From Macrostomum lignano (taxonomy: Eukaryota): a stretch of DNA of 64,000 nucleotides. This document shows, piece after piece, positions 38,426 through 51,700 of the stretch. Position numbers and translations under genes: made by a program. A model generated the notes under the pieces. That model was not told the DNA's origin, ran no database searches, and saw only the letters and a program-made list of their open reading frames with translations. The stretch's first letter is position 1; every line of letters starts with the position of its first letter. Location: NCBI GenBank assembly GCA_002269645.1, contig NIVC01002471.1, forward strand, positions 62,001-126,000. Direction: 5' to 3'.

Positions 38426-41400
38426 CTAAGCCTGGATGGGAAGGATTGCGTCATCCAGTTCTCTTAGCTCCCCGGAGTCTGCCTCGGTCGCCGCTGCCAG
38501 CAGCCGCAGCCCAACCCGATGGCCCGCAGCCAGACAGCAGAGGCTGAGGGCACCAGAACCGCTGGTGAAGCACACAAAAAACTCTGGCCATTTGGTTTCG
38601 ATGACGTAACCAAAGGCCGGAGACAGCAGCGACACCAGATCGCCTAGGAATAGCGAGGCCGACACCGGGCCAGTGATGGGCAGAAACTCGGACAGCCACA
38701 GGAACACGCTGGGAAAGCTGCTCGAGTTTCCAACGCCCATGGCAAAGGAAGTTATGTACGCAATCTGTGGGGGAGTCGTAGCAAATGGCTGGTGAGCAAT
38801 CAAACGATAAATGGCTATTGATAATGATAACAGAATTATACTAATCGATATTTGCCATATCAACGGTTGAAATGATTGGCCCCTTAAAATTTTCGCTGGA
38901 AATCGGGTTTGTAGGCCGTTGCTACGCGTGAAATGATTTGCCCCTTAAAATGTTTGCTGGAAATCGGGTTTGTAGGCCGTTGCTACGCTTGAAATGATTG
39001 GCCTCCAAAATGCTCACAGGAAATCGGGTTTCTAAGGCCGTTGCTATTTATTGGCTCCTCAGAATGCTAATTGGCGACTGAATTTCTAGATGATCAATTG
39101 ACATTATGCGGCATATTTAGAAGAAACCGGACAGAATCCCCAGCTTACTCCTTCAGTCCGGCCGAAAAGCCCGAGCACAATGCCAGCCAGCACAATGAGG
39201 CAGCCGTTAGCCAGCAGAATGTGCAGCGGCCTGACAAACGCGGACACAATAACGCTGAGCAGGCGGCCAACAAACTGGCCAGCAAAGAAGACAGAAAATG
39301 CCGCAGAAGCATCTGGTGTGGACCAGTTCAGGCCATAGAACAGGTATGAGGACAGGAACGAGCTGACAAAGGCCTCCACGTCAAAGACTCGCACCGACAC
39401 GGCGAACGCGACCATGATTAGCGCGGGCCTGCCGGCCAGCAGCCGTCTGGGCCGGCCGCCGCCCTTGCCATCCTTTGATGCCGAGGCATCTGCGGGCCTG
39501 GGCCCGGCTGTGGGGCCGCGTCGATCCCAGACTAGGAGGCCAATGTGAGAGCACAGCGGGATCGCGCCCAGGCTGGCGAACAGGATGTAGGCAAACTGAA
39601 CGTGCCCAGAATAAGGCGGCAGCTGAGCGTCATCTGATAGCAGCTGCGACGCGTTGGCTTTTGTTGAAGTGAGGTTCGGATCCAGGAAAGACTTGAGTAC
39701 AGCGCCAAGCCCCATGGCGCCAGCGGACCAGGCGGCGTGCAGGCCCTGCATCAGTGAGTCGCGAATTCGGTGACCCTCCCACATGGTGAGGTAGTGTGAG
39801 TTCGCGACTAGAATGGCGGAGAATAGAATATAGACATAGAGTACGACTACGACTCATAGCTTTAGTGTAGAAAATTTTCCCATTTGTAAGGCTTTTAGTT
39901 TGTAGCTCGTAGTTTCTAGCTAATAAAATCTCTAGTCCGCTACTGAAGAGTAGCAAGCAAAGAATGCAAAGCAACTTTCTTATACAGTGTGTATAAAATT
40001 TATTCTCACTGATAGTAAAAAAAGAAGTTCGAACGTGAGTGTCCAGAGTGAGGTTCTGGCTCAGTGGTTGAGACCAGCTGACAACGAGAGAGAACTCAGA
40101 AACCAGTTCTGGCTTTTCGAGAGTTCGAATATCACTTTTGCACAGAAATATAGTAGCTCAAAGTTGAGGACTGTAAATTCTCTATAGCTAATAGATTTTC
40201 TTAGACTGTGAATTCCCTAGCTAATATGTTCTCTTAGACTGTAAATTCCCTAGCTAATAGATTCTCTTAGACTGTAAATTCCCTAGCGTAAAGGTTTTCT
40301 TAGACTGTAAATTCCCTAGCTAATAGGTTCTCTTAGACTGTAAATTCCCTAGCTAATAGGTTCTCTTAGACTGTAAATTCCCTAGCTAATAGGTTCTCTT
40401 AGACTGTAAATTCCCTAGCTAATAGGTTCTCTTGGACTGTGAATTACCTTGCCTAATAAACTCTTTTGGACTGTAAATTTCCTTGCTAATAAAGTTAATA
40501 TCCCCCTAGGCTAAATTGAAAGTCCTATATACTAAAAATGAGTTGTCTGTAGCTATGCTGTAACTTCTAGGCTGTAAAGTTTCCAGCATAGTAACCCAAC
40601 TAACTTGAGTCGATGGCGCCTCCAGCGACAGCCCCGAGACCGGACACACCAAAGAAGAGCAGCACGTTCGGCATGAAGCTGCACACGGCGAGGCCAGCCA
40701 TCAATAAGGCAGAAAATGCAGTTAGAAGGCCGAAAACATTCACTCGGGTGCAAAGGAGGCCGCCAATCCATGTGCCGGAAATGTAAGCGACGCAGTTAAC
40801 CGACTGGAATACACTGATAGCAGCCAGGGATACGGAGTACAAGCTGGCCAAATCGACCAGGGCGGCGCTTGTTTGCGCACAGGCGGCCTGAGGAGTTTGT
40901 TACAAATTTATTATTTTTAATATAGCTACTTGAGAGCAATGCTATGCCTGCTTCTTTATCTCTGCTAAGTTGTTTCTGCGCGATATCTGGGCGAAGGAAA
41001 ACTTTATTAACAGTAGGAATACCAAGCCACTTTTTCCGCCCGTCAAAATACAAGGGGGGGGGCTTACAATTTCTTTGCTGCACTGGAACGGAGCATCGCA
41101 GGCACACGAACTTCAATAATGCAGTCTAACTTTTTGTTCCTAACCTTCTAAAACAGGGGTCGGCAAACTTCTTAGACGAGAAGAGACGAGAGGAGACGAG
41201 AGAAGAGAAGAGAAGGAAAGAGGAGAAAGTAAGGGAGATGGGAGATGAGAGGGGAAGAGAGGAGAGGAGAGAAGAGAAGAGAGAGATGACAGAAGAGAGC
41301 TGAGAAGAGACAAACCCTGAGCTGGCTGAATTGCTATTGTGAAGCTTCAAAGGACCCGAGGGTCGGATGGAGAGGCTTCGCGGGCCGCATGTGGCCCACA

Positions 41401-41843
41401 GGCCGAAGTTTGCCAACCCCTGTTCTAAAACAAGAATCAAGTCGCCAGCCCTCCGGATTATTGAGATATTCGACGATTCTGCAAGAAGTTCGGATCTTTT
41501 CCATAAGCACAAATGTATTCAGTACACCCCTGTGCGTCAACCAGCACAGCGCCTTAGTGCAGCCTTGCTAAGGCTCCAAATTTCATCAGCACGTCGAACG
41601 AATGTGTCTGCATCAGCTCTGACTTCGTTGGTCACTGGCCTTCACCCAGGCGGAGCTTCTGCTCTGCACCTTCAACAGGTGGCACCATGTGACTATGAAC
41701 ACCCTGATGCGAATTTCTCTAGTTTCGCTGATCAAGCCTCGACAGTGGGCAAGCCTCGACAGTGGGCAAGCCTCGACAGTGGGCAAGCCTCGACAGTGGG
41801 CAAGCCTCGACTGCCGAACATTCTCAGCTAGTCTCTCAAGCAT
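38426..41843 (-). CDS. Major facilitator superfamily transporter, MFSD4/FucP-like
   Basis: Predicted exons 41843-41670, 40887-40605, 39807-39149 and 38764-38426 (phases 0,1,0). Multiple hydrophobic helices with MFSD4-like motifs LVDLA, GTWIGG, GGAIDSIANSHYLTMW, LMQGLHAAWSAGA, VFFAGQFVGRLLS and SSFPSVFLW. The first exon is the least certain. Confidence 0.85.
38869..39046. repeat. Tandem repeat, ~61-bp unit, ~3 copies, in an MFS intron
   Basis: Unit GAAATGATTGGCCCCTTAAAATTTTCGCTGGAAATCGGGTTTGTAGGCCGTTGCTACGCGT. Confidence 0.85.
40163..40497. repeat. Minisatellite, 33-bp unit, ~10 copies, in an MFS intron
   Basis: Unit TTCTCTTAGACTGTAAATTCCCTAGCTAATAGG; starts at 40328 and 40361. Confidence 0.9.
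41154..41422. mobile_element. hAT (Charlie-type) MITE with a perfect 8-bp TSD; a related decayed copy lies at ~56290-56490
   Basis: TIRs CAGGGGTCGGCAAACT / AGTTTGCCAACCCCTG; TSD TTCTAAAA at 41146-41153 and 41423-41430; GA-rich interior. Confidence 0.85.
41734..41811. repeat. 17-bp tandem repeat (4.6 copies) inside the predicted first MFS exon
   Basis: Unit AAGCCTCGACAGTGGGC at 41734, 41751, 41768, 41785 and a partial copy at 41802. Confidence 0.9.
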
Positions 41844-44217
41844 TCTGTCATCACCCCGACGCCGTCGGCACCTTCAACAGATGTCCAGCAGTTTTGTGTG
41901 CCTGCGTTGCACCATTCTGGTGCAGAAAAAAACTGTCACATAGGGGGATTTCCACCTTGGTAGTTCTGTTAAAGTAATCTACTTTTAACTATGAAACTTA
42001 CCAAAAGAAAGAAGAAGTTGGCAAAAAGGCTGAGAGTTTTGATGACTCTTACAATACCTCTCGTGGGTGGATTGCTAGGTACAGAGTATGAGCATTCTAC
42101 TCTGGGTTCAACACTGGCCAATGCATCTTCTGGTTCAGTAAAGGCTTCAGTTAGATTGGCAGAGTCAGGCTTATTTACTGATGCAGGCATGATGAAACTT
42201 GATCTGCTTAACTCAATAACTGGAATTGGCAAAGTAAACATTTATTTAAACAAGTAAAAAAATATAAGTAACTTGTTCCAATCTTTATTCTTAGATTAGA
42301 GCATAATGACTATATCCTTAATTTTTTAATACTTAGCTAGTTATTGTCACTCTAGAAAATTGTCAATTTAGAGAAAGAGAGCAAAGATGTGTGCTAGTAT
42401 CATATAAATAGCTATTCATAACTAACATTAATTAATTTGCTATTATCTATTATGGATTAGTCATTTTGGAAACAAACAAAATTCATTTATTAAAATATAG
42501 ATTTCTAGGAAACCTACACTGAATGATTTACAAGAGTTCATATAAGTACCCAACTCAAGATTTGAAACTTGAGTACTTAACCCTATTTTTCTGATACTCA
42601 AGCTCAAGAAAACTCTATCATATTTCTTGATATTCAATTCAAATAGTTACATTGTATCACATCAAATAGTTTTTTAAAGATAAAGTAGCCCATTTGATAG
42701 TAACTTCTAATTTAAGTAACTATATATAGTTTTATTCCAAGAAAAAAATAAACTTCTATTTTGCCTAAGCCAAAGTCACTTAATCACTACTACTAATTAG
42801 GAGGCTTAGGAGGCTATTTTCTAAATTTCCTTTAAATATTCTTTATAAATCATATTTTCTTACAAGTTTTTCTAGACCCCCAAAAGGAAGAGAGTGCCTA
42901 TGACAGCTCCTTGACCTTAACTTATTAATTTTACATTTACAGTTTATCAGTTTCAATAGTTTTGGTTTATTAAGTAAATCAGTTTGTTCTTACAAATGCT
43001 TTATCTTTCTTAGGCCTAGTCTTGAATAAATAATGCGATACTTCTAGTATGGTATTATGGTAGGCCTATTATTATTTATAGACTAATGTGTAACTGTGTT
43101 TTTTTACTGTAAATGGTTTTTTAAATGCAAAGTAAAGAAATTACTTGCTCATCTTATTAGTTAAATAATAGTACAAGTTAGTTTCGAAGAAAACGATTTA
43201 ATTAAATTAATTGCAAAATCGATTATAGGACTAAAACAAGCCCTAGTAATTATTGCAAAAATAATGTACACTCGATTACAAGTTTTATCTGCACTTTAAT
43301 AAAATTGACTCTAGTTTTATATTTAGGAGCCTTCAAGTCGAGTTAGATTGTTTAAAAGCTCGTATATTTGCATCCATGTAGTAGCCAAGGACTACTTAAG
43401 TCGTCCTTGGTAGTAGCAAGCTTTTACCGGATATTTCTGAAATTTATGAGTTCTGAAGAGTTAGGATGACGACAGAAGCTCGAGATTTACTCGAATAAAA
43501 ACTTATGATTCCAGTCTAGAATATGTCGGGAAACGTTACGTTTTGGTGTTCAAATTTTGGTAGTGCAAAATCATAATATATTCTACTTATGTTTTTTAAA
43601 ACAATTCTTGCTGTTGATCATCGATCATGACGGTGAGATGCTTTAGCACTTCATCAGCTACCTTACCACAATTTCTCAAAGTCATGCAACATTTGGCCCC
43701 ATTTTTGTATATTCATTGTGCTTGTGCTTCAGTTAAATTCCACCATCCCCAACAAACTTCCCGTCGTTCGTACGTATATGCATATAAACCTATAAGACCG
43801 GTTTCTGAACAAGATACAAGCTTGCCTTTAACACTAAGTCCATTGCATAATTTTTCCTTTTAAAAATTACGCACACAGATATTTTCATGATTTTTAAAAA
43901 TGGATCCTTCTCGCCCAATGTCACCCGAATCACCTATAGGTTTCTCGCGGCCGCAACGACTTGTCACAGAATTGTTTTTTTGCCGAGTTGGTGTGTCCGT
44001 GAAAAGGACTTTTACCACTTGAACTACATATGATGTTCATGTACGTGTTATAATGGCGATTGGCAAAAGCTAGACCTCGCGTCGCGCCACATTAAGCCTC
44101 TTCATATCGATGGTTCGAAAAACAGAATCAGTTTCGGAATATGATTCTGGTTCTGGAATACGTTTCGAGAAATTTTCTCGAACCGTTGTCATGTTTACAC
44201 TTTAGCAGTAAAATATA

Positions 44218-44489
44218 CTCAGCAACATTGAAAAGTCGCCACTCTATGCGCCAGTGAGCAATATTTCTTTTGGACCATTCTGAATAAAAAGATATGAGAA
44301 AACTGATCAGGGTAGCTTTAATCCGTCCAACCCTCGCACACTGCTCCCCCCACTTCATTCTTCAACTCAAGTCTGCCGCGGCGTAGCTGAGTTGCATCAC
44401 TTGCAAAGATTGAAAGACTTTACCTGCACTCTCAAAAGTGGCGACCACAGACGGAATCTTCTGTGATGGCGACTTTCAATGTTGCTGAG
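44218..44489. mobile_element. TA-flanked MITE (Tc1/mariner-type), possibly nested in a larger inverted-repeat element at 44096-44698
   Basis: TA|CTCAGCAACATTGAAAAGTCGCCA ... TGGCGACTTTCAATGTTGCTGAG|TA; outer GCCTCTTCA / TGAAGAGGC ends. Confidence 0.65.
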
Positions 44490-45638
44490 TAATATCTTTG
44501 AAATCGTCAATTTTTAATATGTTTATATAATTATTTCGTTTTTTGTCATATCCAAGAGGAAACGAAGTAAAAAAATGACAAAATTAAATTGTAAAGACTG
44601 TCAAACATAAAATGGGTTCGAAGCTCCTCATTTCACACTGGTTCTGGTTCTAGAACTCGAATTTATTCTGGTTCTATAACCGATTGCAGTGAAGAGGCTC
44701 ATATTTGAATTAGCGCCAAATCGTGTCCATCGGACTATACCGTTTTCTTCGAAACAAGTTTGCCAAGGAAAAAGCTGCGTAGGTAACAGTAGTTTCACGC
44801 CACCCACTACGGCACTAGTCTGCTCTGCTTTTGACTTTTAGTGTACCTGTATATAGGAGTGTCTGAATCTAAATAGCTATGTATTCAATCAATTGTTATT
44901 TTTTTACTTTTACCCTACTTTTTCTGTGAAATTCCGTCTACTCATCGTTCATATTTGTCGATGTGAAAAGAGATTCTGACGCCAGACAGACACCTCGTCC
45001 TAAGTAAGACAAAATCGTGCAGGCCCTAGGCCTAGGGCTAGGCACAACTAAAGCTAAAATTGTGTATCTTGCTCGAATTTGAATGAAAAATTCAAGATCT
45101 TTTTTATAGGCCTAAGTCAATTAAATTAAGCCTAACCTGAAATCATATTCAATGTTTTAGTTATATTTGTAGGCCCTTGCTCACTGACACTAGCTGTAGG
45201 CCTAGCCTGTAGCCTATAGGCTATAGACTAAGGCCTATGCCATATGCCCTAGGCCTATGGTTTTTTAATAGGCCTAGGCTAGGGTTAAGCCTACTATACC
45301 TACTTATTAATGTCTATGACTATAGTTTATAGGCATATGGCTATGCAATATTGGCATTGTGTATGGGACAATCCTTCAGTTTACTATCACCCTAACTAGT
45401 GACAATCACCTTAGGCCTAAACAGTGACAATCACCACAAAAAAACAGTCATAAGACATCAAATTCAATAGGCCCCTAGTGGTTTTTCAATCCAATAAAAT
45501 CAAATCAAATGCTGGCAAACTGCCTTTAATTATCTAAATTTCAAAAGATGGTAAGATTTTTTTAGCACCTTATAGTATTTTACCTTTGGTTTACAATGTC
45601 ACCCATTGAAATGATTGTGAACCAAAGCTGGCAGTAGG

Positions 45639-45999
45639 TAGAGGTCGGATGGGATTGAAATCTTCGGGCGGGATCGGGATCGGGAATAATTTTTTTCTCG
45701 GGATCGGGATCAGGTCTTTTAGTGTATTGTCCATGTAAAGTTAAACAAAATTGAGAAAAGATTGTCAAGATCAAGAAGTAAAACACAATGAAATTGATAT
45801 GAAGTTTTGTAACCAACAAAGTAAATAATGTAACGAGTACAAGTTAAAGCAAAATACCTTCAAGTAATCATTAATTCTATAAATTATTAATTGAAAGACC
45901 TGTTCCCAAATCTCGAGTTTTTTAGGGTTGGGATTCTAGTCCCGCGGGAATTCAATTTTCCTCGGGATCCTGAGATTTCGGGATCCCGTCCGACCTCTA
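45639..45999. mobile_element. hAT-type MITE with a perfect 8-bp TSD
   Basis: TIRs TAGAGGTCGGATGGGAT / ATCCCGTCCGACCTCTA; TSD GCAGTAGG at 45631-45638 and 46000-46007; subterminal CGGGAT repeats. Confidence 0.88.
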
Positions 46000-48795
46000 G
46001 CAGTAGGAAAGCTTGTCAACTAGTTTAAACTGTCAAGTGGCAACTTTAAGCTATGAGGCCTATATTTCACCTTTAGTTTACAATCACCCAAATGCTTGCC
46101 TATTGAAATTATTATGAACTGAAGCTGGAAATAGGAAAAGCCTGTCAACTAGACCTAATTTAAATTATCAAGTCACAACTTTTAGCTAGAGGCCTATATT
46201 TTGCCTTTAGTTTACAATCACTAGGTATAGGCCTATAGTAGCAAATGGTCCTCCATTATTGTAGATAATGTCTAAGTCTTTTACCTAGCATGGATTGTCC
46301 AGTTGGCCCTCAATAGTGCAAGTGTGATTTAGCACATTGGCCCAAAAAAGGGGGGTATCTGGCACAGTTTAGACCTTAGGCTTAGTTGCAATCATACATG
46401 CGCAACCCCCCTGATTTACACTGGCCATGCGACTTACTTTTTAACAAAAAATGCGACTTACCTGCAAAAGAAACCTTAATGCAATTTTAGGTAAACGGCA
46501 GGAGTAACTATGACTGTCTTATTAGGCTAAATGCCTCGTCATCTAATTAGTACTCCGTCTGTATTCTTTAGGCTAGGCAGTTTTGCGACTTACCCCTGTT
46601 CCACCACAATTTACGGTGGCCAGATCGGCCAGGTCGGCTAGCAGTTGTGCATGTATGGTTGCAATAGGGTATACTGATATAATATCTGCTATGTTATACT
46701 ATATTATCATATTTTCAATGCCAGTTTTAGTTTGGTTGCCACTTTTGTCTATAAAAATATACAAGAAAGGGCAATCAAAGAGTTCTTAGACTTGGGTTCA
46801 TAAAACTAGAAAGATAAGTCTACTTTATTTGAATTTTTGAGTTTTCATTTTTGAACTTTTTAGTTTTTTAAGGTAATCTCTATTAGTATTAATATAGCAA
46901 TCCCAGAACTTTGGCAACTTCTTGATCCTAGTGACAAATCACTCTTTGGGTTGACATATAAACCACTTCTCAAAGTCATGCCTGAGCTTTTTTTCATTGC
47001 TATAATGCCAACCATAGAAGGTAGGACTAATATGTCCTTTCTTTAAATAATAAAATCTTGGGCTTAGTATATTGTTTATTGTTTAATATATAAATATATT
47101 TGTAATTTAGTATCTAAATTGTGAATAGATATATAATAGGCCTATTTGTAACCTCCAAGGGTTCCAAGTCACAGAGACAAAGTCTAATTTTACGATAAAT
47201 TATGCTACAAGTATATTTATGTTCCCTTTCTTGAGTGAGGCTTGTTTCCTCTGCTCAGCTTTGCCAAGCCCTACTTAACTTGGTCTGCAAGAATGCTTTA
47301 AGCCATAGATAACTACAGGGAGGGGGACAAATTAAACAATTACAGTTGGAAAAATATATCACTATTTCATACAAACTAATGTTCAAACTTAATGTACAAA
47401 CATTTTTTGTACAAAAGCCTATATTGATTAATCTCTAAAGTTCATTTGCAAAATTCATAATATATGAATTTGTTATCATAGTGATGGTCTGATCCTTATT
47501 TAAAAGTATTATTTTATTTATCTAATATATAAAGCATATAAAAGGCACTGCATAGTTCCTATGACATAGCAAGTTTTGCTCTGATTGACTTTTCTTTCAA
47601 GATATAAATAAATAACTAAATCATATATTTCTATTAGAAACACAAATGTTCCCACTATTATCAAGTATTCAAATGTACTTTTAGGAATTTCCTATTGATA
47701 TCCTTTAAAATAGCTCAAAATGTCCTACTATAATCTCAGCATTATCTTATAATTCGCTAATTGTCTGTGTTAATAAGAAAAGCATCAATTTAAAATAACT
47801 TTTAGAAACTATATTATATTTCTACTAATAATTTGAGTATATTTTATATTGAACTATTTATGTTAATGTTTCTTTAAATCTAAAAAAGCCATAGATGCCC
47901 CATCAACTGCACAAGCATCCAGAAAAACTTTGATCCTAGGTGCACAACTGTATAGGATTACAAGAATATGTAACATGTTCAAAATATGCAGGCACACTAA
48001 TTGATTTCCTTCAAATTACTTATAGATGCAGGACACCATTTGCAGAGACTGAAGTGATACATTTTGGCCCTAAAAGTTCCCATCCAGATTGAATGTATAT
48101 TTCAACCAATAAATGTGCTCCAACAAGCAGAAGCTGAGGACACAACCTCAACTAGTGAAAAGTAGTTGTGTACCACCCAATGCGATCAAGACTGAAAAGT
48201 ACTATAAAAACCCATGTCAACCAAGCAAGAAGCTCGCCTTCTTTCGCCCCTCTCTTTTGCCTCCCTCTTTTGCGCCCTCCTTTTGCCAGTCTCGTTCTTG
48301 CTTCTGTTAGCTATCTAGGAATTATGAGTGTACTTTTGATTGAAACAGTTAGGTCTCAACCCAAATACCAAAACCGATAAATTGGCTCATTGAAACCAAA
48401 CTACCAAACAACCCCTACTCCACAATAGACTGAACCTTTGGTTCACCCAAACAACCAGAACCCAATGTAACTTGAACCGAATGAGCTTCTTATTTGGAAT
48501 TCCATCTTAGACATTATATTCGTAAGATAACAGCTTGAGTTTGTGACCATCAACTACAACGGTCTGTAAGTAACCATCGAGTGTTTGCATCATCAGGAAA
48601 AGTCTGTTGAATCCGCCGCCTCAGTTATTTGGCTCTCACATTGATACTTTGAGTAGACATAGAGCCATAGGAGTGAGAGACCAGACGAACAACAGCATAT
48701 TTAAAAATTTCAAGACCCCCATTGGCTCTAATAGAGTCAATCCAGCGATACTAAATTAAATTGCTAAAACGCAACTGAAAAATATTGCAGCCACT

Positions 48796-51700
48796 ATGCT
48801 GAAGCAAATATGTCTCCTCATTCTGAGCCTGTCAGTCGGCGGTGCCTCAGTTGTCCAGCTAAATGACGCCAATGTTAAGAGCGTGCTTGGTGAGTATTTT
48901 TGCATTAGTAAGTTTGCGCTTAAATTTTTCATCATCTGCCAAGTGTAACTATAAACTAATTCCAGCTGCTTCAAAGTTCAGCTTTGTGAACTTCTACGCT
49001 GATTGGTGTCACTTTAGCCAGGCTTTGTCGCCAATCATCGAGGAGGTTGGCAAGAAACTGAAGCAGGAGTTTCCTGATGACAGTCAGCTTATTGTTGGGA
49101 AGGTTGACTGCGACCGCGAGGTCAATTTGGCGCAGTCTTTTAAAGTCAACAAGTACCCAACCATGAAAGTGTTCAGGTGTGCTGTCTTCTCGTATATGAA
49201 TTTTGTTCACTCAGAATGGTGATTTAGGCAGTAATAAATGAGTACTAATGTGATCTCCATGACCTGTCTTGCTCTGTCAGATTCGGTCAGATGCAAAAGA
49301 GGGAGTACCGAGGCCAGCGCTCAGTGGAGGCGATCAGCGAGTTCATTAAGACGCAGCTTGCTGACACTGTGATTCGTGTAAGTTGATCAACACAACCTTG
49401 CATTGTTCTGTCTGTCCCCTGGGCTTGTTTCGGCCCATGTGTTATACTCCAGATGTCCGCCATAATCATAAAATGAATTTTCGCAATGTCATTTAATGGA
49501 ATAAAATGAAATTTCTAACTTGTTCATTTCTTGTTGGTGTTTCTAGAACGTGAGATTTTCTATTTTTTTCGCCAATTAGTCGCCGGGGGGGGCTTTGGGA
49601 AGTTACGGATACGGAGGTTTTCAGATAGAGCATATGGATATTAGTTATGGGAAGACATGTCTCCCCTAATATCTAGTTCAAGTATCTAGTAATGCTGGCT
49701 ACTGGGTAACTGTGATATAGAATACTTAAAAAACCGTTAGAGCACTTGATTTCATGGGGGTGGGGTAGAGAAGTAGAAATTATTGAATGCTGCTAGTTTA
49801 AAAGCTTTCGTGATGAGAACTCTTAAAATCTTGGGGTCGGGGACTCAAGCCACGTGCATGTTGTGCTGTGGGGATGGTGGGGGCTAAAGTTAAGATTAAC
49901 AACAAGATTAACAACATTATACGATTATCAACACTCAAATTGGCTTAAAGCAAGCTGAGTATAGAGGGGCACTGATAAAATCCATTTCAGGTGGAACTCT
50001 AGTGGTAAATCAGAGTAATAAATCAATGCTTGGCGCTGGCTTGCTGCATTCCAGATTGAAAAATCTGAATCCGAACCGACTGACGCAGTACCAATCCCGC
50101 TAGAGAAGGACCAGGGCGGCATTGTTGGCTTCTTCACTTCGAACAATTCGACAGGATTTGTAGAATTCTCGCGAGTTGCTTCCATGCTGCGCGACGACTG
50201 CAAGTTTATCAGCGTTGTTGGGTAGGTGAAGCCTGCGGTTTCTGTGTGCCCCATCAGACTGTACTCGCTGTAGTAGTTCTGGCTTGTGTATATGTATTGT
50301 TTTACCAATTGAAAATTACTCTCATCTCTTTACAGAATAAAGGGCGAGCCTGAGAAAATAGTCTTCCAAAAGGGGGTAAGTTATCACTGTTAATGTCATG
50401 CAGGCAGCACAAGAATTCTGCGAAACAAGCAATTCCGTGTGCTAGTTTCAAGATATGGAATGAATTATTGATTTTTTTCGAATCCGAAATACCGAGTATT
50501 CGGATCCATCATTTTCCGAATGCCGAATATTCAGTTCCATTATTTTCCGAATGCCGAATATTCAGTTCCATTTTTTTCCGAATGCCGAATATTCAGTTCC
50601 ATTATTTTCCGAATGCCGAATATTCAGTTCCATTATTTTCCGAATGCCAAATGTTCAGTTCCATTATTTTACGAATCCGAAATACCGAATATTTGGATCC
50701 ATCATTTTCCAAATACGAATATTCGGATCCATGTTTTCCGAATACCGAATTTTCGGATGCATAGTCTTCCGAATACCATATAATTAGATCCATAAGTTTT
50801 CTGAATACCGAATTTTGGGAATCATTATTTAACAAAATACCGAATATTCAGATCCATGAGTATCCAAATACAGAATATTTAAATTCATAAATTTCTGAAT
50901 ACCGAATATTTGGATTCATTACAAGCAATGCATACGAAATGACCAATTTTTCGAATACCGAATATTCGTCCCATCTCTATTAACTAATTCGTACATCTTT
51001 CTCCTACGCGCACAGCTGCTCACCAATAGCGCACCGCCCCCCCCCCGCAGCCGGATGTGGGAAGCCGAATAAGTCTGCCAAAGCCTGGCGAAGACTCGCT
51101 CAAGGAATTCGTCATGTCCCAATGCGTGCCGCTGGTGCGCGAGATCACATTCCAGAATGCGGAGGAGCTCACCGAGGAGGGCCTGCCCTTCTTTATCCTG
51201 TTCTATCCAAATGACGATTCGGCTATTGTGGACTCCTTTAAGTCGGTAGTTGAGCGGCACCTGAGCCACCACAGGCGTATGTGTCGATTCTTGCTGAAAA
51301 GTTGAAAATAGCAGTTATTCTCGATTTATACTACTTATGTACTAAGTAGCTGAAAATCCTCTGCTGAGATTATTTCCACCGGCTCAGAGCTTGTGAATTT
51401 TATTCCATAAGTAGTGTATACTGTACCAGTGTATACATCAAGCTTATATTTTCTGCTTGTCCACCGCAAATTTCAGGCAGCGTGAATTTCCTCACTGGCC
51501 AAGGCGCTGTGTTCTCGCATCCGCTGCACCATCTGGGCAAAACTGTCAGCGACTTGCCTGTTGTAGCCATAGACAGCTTCAAGCACATGTACGTGTTCCC
51601 GCACGATGTCCGCGACAGCTTGCAGAGCCATCCCGAGCGGTTCTCGGACTTTGTGGCCGACCTGCAGAGCGGCAAGCTGCATAGGGAGTTCCACCACGGC

